This document shows, one piece after another, positions 19,328 to 28,450 of a stretch of DNA of 64,000 nt (its first letter is position 1; each line of letters opens with the position of its first letter). The position numbers and the translations under genes were made by a program. This DNA comes from Spirochaetota bacterium. Lineage in GTDB: Bacteria; Spirochaetota; UBA4802; UBA5550. The notes beneath the pieces were generated by a model. The model saw only the letters and a list, made by a program, of their open reading frames with translations, had not been told where the DNA came from and did no database searches. Location: NCBI GenBank assembly GCA_963664815.2, contig CAXXHB010000003.1:3872001-3936000 (forward strand), given 5' to 3'.

Positions 19328-20743
19328 CTAAAAAATTATACAGGCTCCTAATGAGCCGTTTACGAAGCTCATTCTGCCGCTTTTCTGAAATATTGCTGAA
19401 TAATCAGCTCCACCGTAAATATCAACCTTTTCAGTCAGTTCAAACTGAAGATAAGCTCCGGCGGAAACCATGGGATTGAAACTGCTTTTATCAGTTGTAC
19501 TCGTAATAAGCGGATCAGATGGATTCCTGACCAGATATTTAATTACGTTATAACTTCCCCCCGATTTAAGTACCGGTCTTAATGAGAACTTATAGAAAAG
19601 CAGCATAGTATACTCAATATCAAAAAGAACAGGCACCATCACCATGTTGTCTATCTCTCCGGTATAACTGAATATCCAGTATCCGGTTTCAATACCCAGA
19701 CTGAAGCTCTTACCCGAAGCGCCGGCATCAATCAACCCGCCATAGCCATATGAAGCCATTTCACTCATAACACCCAGTGGGTAAATATACGATACAGCCC
19801 CCCTGATATATATTTTATACCCCGCGTCATATACAGCTTTCATCTCCTTCGACTCTGTAAAGATATCATTTACCGCCACTACCGAAAACCGGTGTCTACC
19901 CTCTGCCGGAAAATTCTTTATAATAAACTCACTGCCGGGAGATGTTCCCTTCTTTTTTCTCTCACCGTTTTCAGTTTCATATATTGCATATGATTTTACC
20001 CTGCTCAGCGGGTCACCCACATCTGTCCATGAAAATGCCAGCGTTACGCTCTTCCCGTCCGCAGATAGTTTTTCAGCAATATTAAAGTTACCCGGAGGCT
20101 CGGGGAGCGTATTGACTATAACCTTTTCGCTGGGGAGAGACTCCTCACCTGTATCGGCTATGGCTGTCGCGTAGATTTCATATGTCCAGCTTTTCTGAAG
20201 ATTTTTCAGCGTAGTGGATAAATCTGATGTCTCTTCTGCGAGTTTAAACTTCTCATCTTTATTTTTTACATCACGTAAATATATCCTGTAAAACTTTGCA
20301 GGTTTAAATGGCGGACTCCATGTCACTTCGATAGAAACTGTCGAAGCATTCCCTTTGAGATCGGTGGGATTCGTACGGGCAATAAACATCACCTTCTTAC
20401 GCGGAACAGTAAACTCTTCTGGGCTGATAAGATCTTTTCGGAAAAAATAATTATCCCTGTCCTCATCAACCTGATAGCCCTCTACTACCTCCCCGCTTGT
20501 CAACCGCGCAAAAACCTTTCCAAGGTAAACTTCAGTATATATTATTCTCAGGATATCCCCGCGAACAACACCTTCATATGCACCGTCTTCTTTCTTCACT
20601 GTTAGTGTTGCTATTTCATCTTTAACGATAGATCCTTTAATGATAGAACCATCTTTTTTAAAAATATACTCGGCGCTTCCTGCCACCGGAATACAGACAA
20701 CAATCACTAACAGAATTACTACTTGTGAAAAAAAATACTTCAT
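19328..20743 (-). CDS. Outer-membrane protein, paralog of 11298..12704 (N-terminal domain, 2 FN3, beta-barrel)
   Basis: AEYIFKKDGSIIKGSIV; VDEDRDNYFFRKDLISPEEFT matches VDEDRESYTFRLDLYKPEEFT in the paralog; ends in Phe (GACIIF). Confidence 0.78.
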   Translation of the reverse strand: MKYFFSQVVILLVIVVCIPVAGSAEYIFKKDGSIIKGSIVKDEIATLTVKKEDGAYEGVVRGDILRIIYTEVYLGKVFARLTSGEVVEGYQVDEDRDNYFFRKDLISPEEFTVPRKKVMFIARTNPTDLKGNASTVSIEVTWSPPFKPAKFYRIYLRDVKNKDEKFKLAEETSDLSTTLKNLQKSWTYEIYATAIADTGEESLPSEKVIVNTLPEPPGNFNIAEKLSADGKSVTLAFSWTDVGDPLSRVKSYAIYETENGERKKKGTSPGSEFIIKNFPAEGRHRFSVVAVNDIFTESKEMKAVYDAGYKIYIRGAVSYIYPLGVMSEMASYGYGGLIDAGASGKSFSLGIETGYWIFSYTGEIDNMVMVPVLFDIEYTMLLFYKFSLRPVLKSGGSYNVIKYLVRNPSDPLITSTTDKSSFNPMVSAGAYLQFELTEKVDIYGGADYSAIFQKSGRMSFVNGSLGACIIF

Positions 20744-20866
20744 TAAAACTCCCTCTTTTGAAAATGAACATTTTATATTTTTCCATTTTGATTTTTTGCG
20801 ATATAACCTTAAATTATACTAAACCGCATTATAAGGAGTTCTATTAACATTTTTAATTGATTCAGT

Positions 20867-20889
20867 CGTACAAATTTATAAATTTGGAC
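20867..20889. promoter_or_regulatory. Conserved palindromic site, copy 3 (putative AraC box)
   Basis: CGTACAAATTTATAAATTTGGAC followed by a T-tract, ~124 nt upstream of the 20743 start. Confidence 0.65.
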
Positions 20890-21191
20890 TTTTTTTTAAC
20901 CTGTTGCCTTATAAATATTATTTAATTTGAAAAAATATGGTTTTTTACTGAATGTTTAAACGTTATCCCGGGCTCAAAATGTCAGGAATTTACCATTTAA
21001 AATTGTTTTAAATGAAAATATATGTCTAAAAACAATTAATTGGAAATAAATTGCCGGTAATTCCGGAATCACTAATTTCTGCGGAGAGAAGTTTTCATAT
21101 ACATGCCGTAATCAAACAAGGATGACAATCGAACCATTCAATCAGGATATTCTCGCATTTAATGAGGATAATGGATATAGAGCGACCTGAA

Positions 21192-22178
21192 TTAAGACCG
21201 TACAATAGTTTTACTTTCATATTTCGGGCCTCTGAACCCCAGGTCAACCATCACTCCATAAGTCAAAGCAAGACGGAGGTTACCGAAAAAAGCCTCGCTC
21301 CCTTTCATCCCGTCAAACATACTGTCAATACGGTCTTTCCATAAGTATTCCGTTTCCGACATAACATAATCTGTTGAGGAATTTTCATTAAATGCTTTTA
21401 TTATTGATTGCCTGAAGTTCTTCATAAACTCAACATGATCATCAAAGACAATATTAATATCATCACCGGACAGTATCCCGAAATGGCAAAGACCCACAAG
21501 CTCAGGGCTCATAATTCTTAACTTTTCCATGCTCGACATGTAATCATCATATTTGAAATTAGGGGGCATTGATGTGGGGGTTGAGAGCATCCTGTCACCG
21601 GTATAAATTGTCCCCATCGCTTCACCTGCAAACATAAAGAGAGTCCTGTCACCAATCATTACGGAAGGAGAACAATGATCGGCGGTATGCCCGGGTGTAA
21701 AAACAAGTTTAACCCTCTCCCCGCCAGCAAATTCAACAGGAAGGAAACCATCCGGTTCCACTATATGGAACACCTCATCGGGGATATAATCCATTGTACC
21801 GATAAACTTCCCGAAAGTGGTTTTTGCTCCACGCAGGTGGCCTGCCGCATCCTGCAATAATCCCTTTGTTATGCTGTTAGTATATATTTTAAAATCGCTG
21901 TTTATATCCTTAAAACGGTTCCATAACTCGGCGCATCCGCCGCCATGATCAAAGTGGTAATGACTTAAAGTAATGCCAACAAGGGATTCAGGAGCAATAC
22001 CGTGCCGTTTTAGTGATTTTAATACAACGTCAACATTATCAGAAGTTCCTATATCCATGAGGAGCGACTTTTCACCGTCACTATAGCAGAAAGCTCCTGT
22101 TATTGTTCCCATATCAAACTGCATAGTATCAACAAGGTAGGCGTTCCCCATCCTGCACTCTTTTCTTATATAGGCCAT
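21192..22178 (-). CDS. MBL-fold metallo-hydrolase
   Basis: SHYHFDHGGG, TPGHTADH and LCHFG motifs. ATG 22178 follows GGAG. Confidence 0.85.
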   Translation of the reverse strand: MAYIRKECRMGNAYLVDTMQFDMGTITGAFCYSDGEKSLLMDIGTSDNVDVVLKSLKRHGIAPESLVGITLSHYHFDHGGGCAELWNRFKDINSDFKIYTNSITKGLLQDAAGHLRGAKTTFGKFIGTMDYIPDEVFHIVEPDGFLPVEFAGGERVKLVFTPGHTADHCSPSVMIGDRTLFMFAGEAMGTIYTGDRMLSTPTSMPPNFKYDDYMSSMEKLRIMSPELVGLCHFGILSGDDINIVFDDHVEFMKNFRQSIIKAFNENSSTDYVMSETEYLWKDRIDSMFDGMKGSEAFFGNLRLALTYGVMVDLGFRGPKYESKTIVRS

Positions 22179-22267
22179 TATATAACTCCATGTAATGTTT
22201 TCCAATCACCCGGTCAATCTCTCCCTTCAAAGCAGCAGAGAGGGCTAAAAAGACATGCTCAAATACA

Positions 22268-22558
22268 CTAACAGCAGTTTCCCGAAGAACTATTACAGTC
22301 GCAAGCCGGTTCGGTTCCTCTTATCATTCCGTTAATAACAGCTGCGGCACACCCTACTCCCGCCTTGACTGATATTGCCCCGAAGCTGCAGTTTTTTTCA
22401 CACGCGCCGCATTCCATACACCTGTCTTTATTCATTATGGATACTTTTCTGTTTTCCATTTTAAACACGGGATGTGGGCAAACCTCCATGCACATCCCAC
22501 AACCTGTACACTTTTCAGGAAAAACCTGTAAAGTTGTAATGTTCTTTAAATATATCAT
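22268..22558 (-). CDS. hgcB: Mercury methylation ferredoxin HgcB
   Basis: Two CxxCxxCxxxC motifs (CTGCGMCMEVCP, CMECGACEKNC), GVGCA, and C-terminal CC. Overlaps the hgcA stop (ATGA). Confidence 0.95.
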   Translation of the reverse strand: MIYLKNITTLQVFPEKCTGCGMCMEVCPHPVFKMENRKVSIMNKDRCMECGACEKNCSFGAISVKAGVGCAAAVINGMIRGTEPACDCNSSSGNCC

Positions 22559-23727
22559 AAAAACCCCCAGTCGGAAACCTTGTAGAGTATAAGAAATATA
22601 AATGATATTAACGCTCCCGTTATATAAACCGGGAACGCAATTTTGATTTCCTTTTTTACGCCGGAAAGATTTGTATATGTCGAAGCCCCGGTGAACTGCA
22701 GCGCCATATATGATGAAAACACAGGAAAAAGAATCAGCGCCGAAATTATCATAAATATATTATAAGAATCTAATCCCCCGGTCAGGTATATAACAGAAAC
22801 AAAGAAAACCATGCCTGCAATCCAGCCCTTAAGAGCAAAAGACCTGAAAGGAATAAACGGCAGAAATACAGGCGTAAAGAATGCTCCGGTAAATACCGAA
22901 ATCAGTCCCGCAGCAAGAAAAAGATATCCTTTCATAATTGATTCTTTGAATATAATTCCTTCAGGAGTCAGGCCGAATATCAGGAGAATAACCAAAGCAA
23001 ATAGCGGGAACTTGACAAGTATCTGACGCAGCTCTATCGGAGTAAGTATCAGTCTGTCAATAATGTCAAAGCGTACTCTCCGCATCTCCTCATCACAGGT
23101 ATATCCGTTTGATATATACTTTTTCAAATCTGCTGCCCGTACCGGACCGTACATAACTTTAAATCCGCTTCTCTTTGTCACCTCATTTGGATTTACACCT
23201 GGAGCGCCAAGCTGAGGAACAATAATTTTCCTGTGTGAAATAATATCAGTTATTTTTGAAAGCATAATCCGCTTTACAAGTTCATCCGTACCAAAAGTCC
23301 CCTTACCTGCCGCGCACCATACATTTATACCTTTAGTATCAAGAACAAGTATCCAGGCATTAATTCCATTAAGTGACGACCTCAGCGCGTCAAAACTCAT
23401 CTTGTAGTTTGCCGTTACAAAAACATCCGATTTTTCATCGGGACTTCCGGCTGCATAAAGGCCAGGTTTAACAGTATAATTCATCCTGAATGAGCTCACC
23501 CTCGATTTAAAAGTTTCCCATAAATCACGTGATGAAAGAACAGTAGATACAACAGGAACGCTTGTAACTTCAGTCGCGATGTGCCTGACTATATAAGGAG
23601 GAGTTGCCGCCCCGGTTCCCGTATTATTTAAAGAATCAGTACATCCGCATGAAGTTTTTCCCACAGACTTCACAGTTTTCAGTGGTGAAAGCAATTTATC
23701 AGTATCATTTACTCTTTGAAATTCCAT
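22555..23727 (-). CDS. hgcA: Mercury methylation corrinoid protein HgcA
   Basis: Diagnostic cap helix GINVWCAAGKGTFG; VTANYKMSFD; PQLGAPGV; GPVRAADL; C-terminal TM domain with FTGASTYT. Confidence 0.96.
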   Translation of the reverse strand: MEFQRVNDTDKLLSPLKTVKSVGKTSCGCTDSLNNTGTGAATPPYIVRHIATEVTSVPVVSTVLSSRDLWETFKSRVSSFRMNYTVKPGLYAAGSPDEKSDVFVTANYKMSFDALRSSLNGINAWILVLDTKGINVWCAAGKGTFGTDELVKRIMLSKITDIISHRKIIVPQLGAPGVNPNEVTKRSGFKVMYGPVRAADLKKYISNGYTCDEEMRRVRFDIIDRLILTPIELRQILVKFPLFALVILLIFGLTPEGIIFKESIMKGYLFLAAGLISVFTGAFFTPVFLPFIPFRSFALKGWIAGMVFFVSVIYLTGGLDSYNIFMIISALILFPVFSSYMALQFTGASTYTNLSGVKKEIKIAFPVYITGALISFIFLILYKVSDWGFL

Positions 23728-23737
23728 ATTATACCTT

Positions 23738-24073
23738 TCAGCAATTACAATTAAGATTTTCAGTTTTTATCAGGTACAGGAAATCATCAAACAATCCGGA
23801 CATTTCTGCTATACCCTTAACATTCAGACAATAACATGTTTTAGGCCCGTCTATTTCACCTGAAATTAACCCTGCCGATTTCAACTCTTTCAGATGTTGA
23901 GAAACAGTCGACTGCGCCAGAGGAATCTCCAAGACAATTTCACCACATATACATGTATTTTTCTCTGAAAGTATTTTTAAAATCTCTATACGGGCAGGAT
24001 GGGAGATAGCCTTTGCAAAATCTGCAAGTTTTAATGAGTCTTTACCGAATATTTCTTTTTTATTTATAGCCAT
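23738..24073 (-). CDS. arsR: ArsR/SmtB family metalloregulator
   Basis: AKAISHPARIEIL...TCICGEIV...LAQSTVSQHLKELKSAGLI; C-terminal CNC. Ends 10 nt upstream of hgcA. Confidence 0.9.
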   Translation of the reverse strand: MAINKKEIFGKDSLKLADFAKAISHPARIEILKILSEKNTCICGEIVLEIPLAQSTVSQHLKELKSAGLISGEIDGPKTCYCLNVKGIAEMSGLFDDFLYLIKTENLNCNC

Positions 24074-24079
24074 ATTCAA

Positions 24080-24108
24080 TATATATCGTAAATATACGAT
24101 AAAGTCAA
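24080..24108 (-). promoter_or_regulatory. arsR-hgcAB promoter with palindromic operator
   Basis: Minus strand TTGACT (24108-24103), 17 nt, TATATA (24085-24080). Inverted repeat ATCGTA-AATA-TACGAT at 24085-24100. Confidence 0.7.
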
Positions 24109-24269
24109 GATATTTTCTCTTTTTTAATTATAATTCCTGAACTATTTTAGTAAAAGATTTCTGCGGATGACCTTTCTAAATGTTAAACCTGCTTGACAAA
24201 CGGAATTTTACAGTTTTTCTTTTTTAATGTTTATCAATGGTAAAAAATTCAACATAGGAAAAGCTCTTT

Positions 24270-25136
24270 ATGCTTAAAAGAATACTAATTGTTGCTGCTA
24301 TTATTTTCAACTGTAATCTTTATGCTGATGAGAAGTATATTTCATGGATTGACAACCTGCGCATAAGAGAGAATCCGTCACAATCAGGCAAGATCATCAG
24401 CTCCCTTAAAAAAGGGGAGATCGTAACATCTGATACTGCTGTAGCTGAAGGGAATGTTGAAAAAATAGTATTAAACAAAACTGATTATTACGGAAACTGG
24501 AGAAAAATCAGGACAGCTGACAACAAAGAGGGATGGGTATTCTCAGCTGCACTGAAGAATTACTATTCAATAAATGGTTATTCAATTTATCTGGATGACA
24601 ATAGTATTAAGTTCTTTAAAGACAATAAACAGGTTAGCAGAATACCTGTCGATAAATTAACAATTGATATCGATTGCGATGAAGCAGAAAAATATCTGTT
24701 TTTAAGACCTTATGAATATTTGGATGAAGGTGAGGATGGTATTTTCAATCAATATACACAGGTTATTATCGTTGATTCAGAAACTCTCAAGGTTGTCAAA
24801 TCAATTGACGGCCGCTATGAGAATATCTCTTTATCTCCCGATAGTAGTGCTGCATTCATCCAGTCTGATACAATAGGTATAAGTTCACCTACTCTTACAA
24901 GGGACGGCATGATCTATTCCATTAAAAAGAATAAAGTATTATTTAAGGGTGATTACGGGGTCAACGGAAAATGGATAGATAATGATAAATTTGAAACTAT
25001 AGTTAAAGCAGGCAAAAATGTTAAGGGTATGCCCGATCCCGGTGAAAACTACCTGTACACAGAAGTCATTTTACTGGATATAAAAAGTGAAAAAATTATT
25101 CATACTGGTAAATACGAAAAAGCTATAGATGATTAA
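24270..25136 (+). CDS. Secreted SH3b-domain protein
   Basis: Signal peptide; NLRIRENPSQSGKIISSLKKGE...WRKIRTADNKEGWVFSAAL. Confidence 0.85.
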   Translation: MLKRILIVAAIIFNCNLYADEKYISWIDNLRIRENPSQSGKIISSLKKGEIVTSDTAVAEGNVEKIVLNKTDYYGNWRKIRTADNKEGWVFSAALKNYYSINGYSIYLDDNSIKFFKDNKQVSRIPVDKLTIDIDCDEAEKYLFLRPYEYLDEGEDGIFNQYTQVIIVDSETLKVVKSIDGRYENISLSPDSSAAFIQSDTIGISSPTLTRDGMIYSIKKNKVLFKGDYGVNGKWIDNDKFETIVKAGKNVKGMPDPGENYLYTEVILLDIKSEKIIHTGKYEKAIDD

Positions 25137-25221
25137 TGGCTCCGGCAGCAGGGCATTTAATCTATTCTGAAATCCGACCTGATAAAAAACTGAATATTTC
25201 GGACGGTATTGACATTATATT

Positions 25222-25824
25222 TTATATTACATGCAATGAAGTAAGTTTTTCTTTAAGATCATATGCTGATAAAAATTGAACTGCGTTAAAACCAATCTCC
25301 TCAGCTGCTTCAATATTTATTAAACTGTCATCAATAAAGATACATCTTTCCGGTTTAAGAGTATACCTTTCCAGTAAAATGCTGAAAAGTTTTTTATCGG
25401 GTTTTACCAGTTTTTCTTTCCCAGATACAACAATTCCGTCGAACATTTGTAAAAAACTGAACCGTTTTTGTGCAATGGGAAATGTCTCAGCAGACCAGTT
25501 AGTCAATCCGAAGATTTTATACTTTTCTTTCAGAAGATACAATATTTCAACTGTTCCGGTTATTTCACCTTTCAACATCTGTTCCCATCTGCTGTAAAAG
25601 AATTCAATCAATATACTATAATCAGGAAACTTATCTTTCAGGATGGTAATACCTTCAGCAAACGGTCTGCCTCTATCCTGCTTCAGATTCCATTCGGTAT
25701 TACAGACATTATCAAGAAACCATTCCATCCTTTCGTCATTATTAAAAATAGTTCTGTAAAGGTACCGGGGATTCCAGTCGATAAGAACCCCGCCAAAATC
25801 AAAAACAACTGCATCTATTAGCAT
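25222..25824 (-). CDS. HAD family phosphatase
   Basis: VFDFGGVL, LTN, KPD and FIDD motifs. Confidence 0.9.
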   Translation of the reverse strand: MLIDAVVFDFGGVLIDWNPRYLYRTIFNNDERMEWFLDNVCNTEWNLKQDRGRPFAEGITILKDKFPDYSILIEFFYSRWEQMLKGEITGTVEILYLLKEKYKIFGLTNWSAETFPIAQKRFSFLQMFDGIVVSGKEKLVKPDKKLFSILLERYTLKPERCIFIDDSLINIEAAEEIGFNAVQFLSAYDLKEKLTSLHVI

Positions 25825-25991
25825 ACACTATACCATTTTTAAGTCTCAATCTCTGAATTGACAATAATAATTGTCAATTTTTTAATCAGTAGCTATTATT
25901 CACTTTAAAAACTATTATGTCCATTTTTCATTTAATTAATTCATTGACACAATAATTATACGTTCTTCTTCATAAATATAAGGGAATAAAG

Positions 25992-26882
25992 ATGCATATC
26001 AGAGATATCATAGATAATAATAAAATTTCGTTCAGCTTTGAATTCTTCCCGCCTCAGAATGAAAAATCATCGGAAACACTTTTCCAGACTATAAGTGAAC
26101 TTGTAAATCTGAAGCCTGCTTATGTAAGCGTTACTTATGGAGCCGGAGGCTCCACACGTGATCTTACACACGACCTTGTCGTTAAAATACAGAACCAGAC
26201 AAATCTTACGGTGGTTTCCCACCTCACCTGCGTAGGATCAACCGCTGATGAGATACATGCGATACTTTCCAGATACTGTGATAATAATATAGAAAATATA
26301 ATGGCTCTGCGGGGTGATCCAACCATCGGGTCAGAGCGCTTTATCAGAACAGAAGGGGGCTTTCAATACTCATCTGAGCTTGTTGAATATGTTAAAAAAA
26401 ATTTCCCCTCTATGGGAATAGGAGTAGCCGGTTACCCGGAGGGACATCCTGAAACTCCCAACAGGATTAAGGAGATGGATAATCTTAAAAGAAAGGTTGA
26501 CGCCGGGGCTGATTATATCTGCACACAACTTTTTTTCGATAATCACGATTTCTACGATTTCTGCGAGAGATGTGAAATAGCTGGTATAAAAATACCAATT
26601 ATAGCGGGAATAATGCCCGTTACATCCATCAAAAGCATGAACAGAATGGCGGAGCTTGCACTTGGGACAAAAATACCTGCAAAGCTTCAACGGGCGATTT
26701 CACGGGCCGAGGACGATTCTTACGTCGAAAAAGTCGGTATTCACTGGGCGACACAACAGGTTCATGAGCTTATTAATAATAACGTCAAAGGTGTCCATTT
26801 TTATACTCTTAATCAGAGCAGAGCTACAAGAAAAATTTATGAATCTCTTGGTATATCCAGTTCTGTCAGCTTAAACAGGTGA
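25992..26882 (+). CDS. metF: Methylenetetrahydrofolate reductase
   Basis: SFEFFPP, SVTYGAGGS, HLTC, ALRGD, AGYPEGHPE, TQLFFD and HFYTLN motifs. Confidence 0.96.
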   Translation: MHIRDIIDNNKISFSFEFFPPQNEKSSETLFQTISELVNLKPAYVSVTYGAGGSTRDLTHDLVVKIQNQTNLTVVSHLTCVGSTADEIHAILSRYCDNNIENIMALRGDPTIGSERFIRTEGGFQYSSELVEYVKKNFPSMGIGVAGYPEGHPETPNRIKEMDNLKRKVDAGADYICTQLFFDNHDFYDFCERCEIAGIKIPIIAGIMPVTSIKSMNRMAELALGTKIPAKLQRAISRAEDDSYVEKVGIHWATQQVHELINNNVKGVHFYTLNQSRATRKIYESLGISSSVSLNR

Positions 26883-27137
26883 AATTCATATTAAATTCTT
26901 GACATTATACTAATATTTGTCCAGCGTATATAAAAATTGCATTCACTTAAGGAGTATCCGGCAGTAAAGTAAAACTACCGGGGTTTAATTTTCTGGATTT
27001 AATGTAAAGAAAGGTTTCAGCTGGAAATTCCGGCTACGATTAAACTTTTTTACATTAAATAAGAAGGAGAAAACCACTATTTTATATTTTTGCATCAGTA
27101 ACCCAATAAACATAAACTTAAATTAGGAGTAGTAATT

Positions 27138-28130
27138 ATGAGTTTTGTCGAAACCATGAGAGCGAAAGCTAAAAGTGCCGGGAAGAAGCTTGTCCTTGCA
27201 GAAGGAACAGAGCCGAGAACAGTTAAAGCCTCAAGAATAATTATGGACGAAAAGATTGCTTCAGAAGTTTTCCTTGTAGGGAACAAAGACGCGATAGCGA
27301 AAGTTGCAGGTGAGCAGGGTGTTAATTTAAGCGGAATATCACTTATCGATCCGGCAACAACAGAATTTAAATCAGAATACGCAAATGCATTCTTTGAAAT
27401 GAGAAAGCATAAAGGTGTTACAGAAGAGGAAGCTGCAAAATCGATGCTCGATAACCTCAGATTTGGCGCCATGATGGTTAAAAAGAACAAGGTTGCTGCG
27501 ATGGTTGCAGGAGCCGAGAATTCAACAGGGAAAGTTCTCCTTGCTGGATTCAACATTATCGGAACATCACCTGGAGTAAAATCTGCATCTTCCTGTTTCG
27601 TAATGGACATGCCTGACAAGAAATGGGGAAAGGACGGTCTTATGATTTTCGGGGACTGTGCAACAATTCCTGATCCAACAGCAGAACAGCTTGCAGAAAT
27701 AGCAATACAGTCTGCAGAGTCATGCAGAAAATTTCTCAACACTGAACCAATCGTTGCTCTTCTTTCTTTCTCAACAAAAGGTTCAGCAAAACATGAAAAC
27801 GTCGATAAAGTACTGAAAGCACTGGAACTTGTTAAACAGATGGCACCAACCCTGAAGATAGATGGAGAACTTCAGGCAGATGCAGCTCTTGTTGCAAGCG
27901 TAGGCCAGCAGAAAGCCCCAGGTTCAACAGTAGCAGGTTTCGCAAATACGCTTATATTCCCCGACCTTCAGTCCGGAAATATCGGCTATAAACTTGTACA
28001 GAGATTCGGAAATGCCGGAGCATATGGTCCATTCCTCCAGGGCTTCGCACAGCCAATCACTGACCTTTCAAGAGGATGTTCTGTAGACGAAATTGTTAAC
28101 ACAGCTGCTGTTACACTCGCTCAGGCATAA
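27138..28130 (+). CDS. pta: Phosphate acetyltransferase
   Basis: LAEG, ALLSFSTKGSA, DGELQADAA, FPDLQSGNIGYK and DLSRGCS motifs. Confidence 0.96.
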   Translation: MSFVETMRAKAKSAGKKLVLAEGTEPRTVKASRIIMDEKIASEVFLVGNKDAIAKVAGEQGVNLSGISLIDPATTEFKSEYANAFFEMRKHKGVTEEEAAKSMLDNLRFGAMMVKKNKVAAMVAGAENSTGKVLLAGFNIIGTSPGVKSASSCFVMDMPDKKWGKDGLMIFGDCATIPDPTAEQLAEIAIQSAESCRKFLNTEPIVALLSFSTKGSAKHENVDKVLKALELVKQMAPTLKIDGELQADAALVASVGQQKAPGSTVAGFANTLIFPDLQSGNIGYKLVQRFGNAGAYGPFLQGFAQPITDLSRGCSVDEIVNTAAVTLAQA

Positions 28131-28168
28131 TAAGCATTCAAAATACCCGGTTAACCGGTGATGTTTTT

Positions 28169-28200
28169 AAAAAAGCAGGAGTCTTAACCCTGCTTTTTTT
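28169..28200 (+). terminator. Rho-independent terminator after pta
   Basis: AAAAAAGCAGG-loop-CCTGCTTTTTTT. Confidence 0.8.
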
Positions 28201-28450
28201 ATTTCAGTTTTTTTCACTCATTTTAAGTGAAATGAATGAAATATATTTTACGAACAACTTTCAACTTTATTAATTATCTTGAATCCGTCACTATAATTAA
28301 ATATAAGATTCTCAATGCATACTCAGATTGATTCCATAAAGAACAATATAACATGCCGTATTATTAATTTACGGTGTGTCAAATTGGAAATTTTTTATTT
28401 ACAACATGAAAGTTTCAAGCATAATGGTGCTTTATGCTCCGGAGAAAAAA

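Noticed and set aside
22555-23727. Alternative call as acetyl-CoA synthase corrinoid subunit (CdhE/AcsC)
   Set aside because: The cap-helix Cys motif NVWCAAGK, the C-terminal TM domain and the adjacent HgcB define HgcA; no Wood-Ljungdahl cluster is nearby.
25825-25991. SAM riboswitch upstream of metF
   Set aside because: The region is short and very AT-rich, with no S-box core (ATCnAGAG...GCAACC...GTGC).
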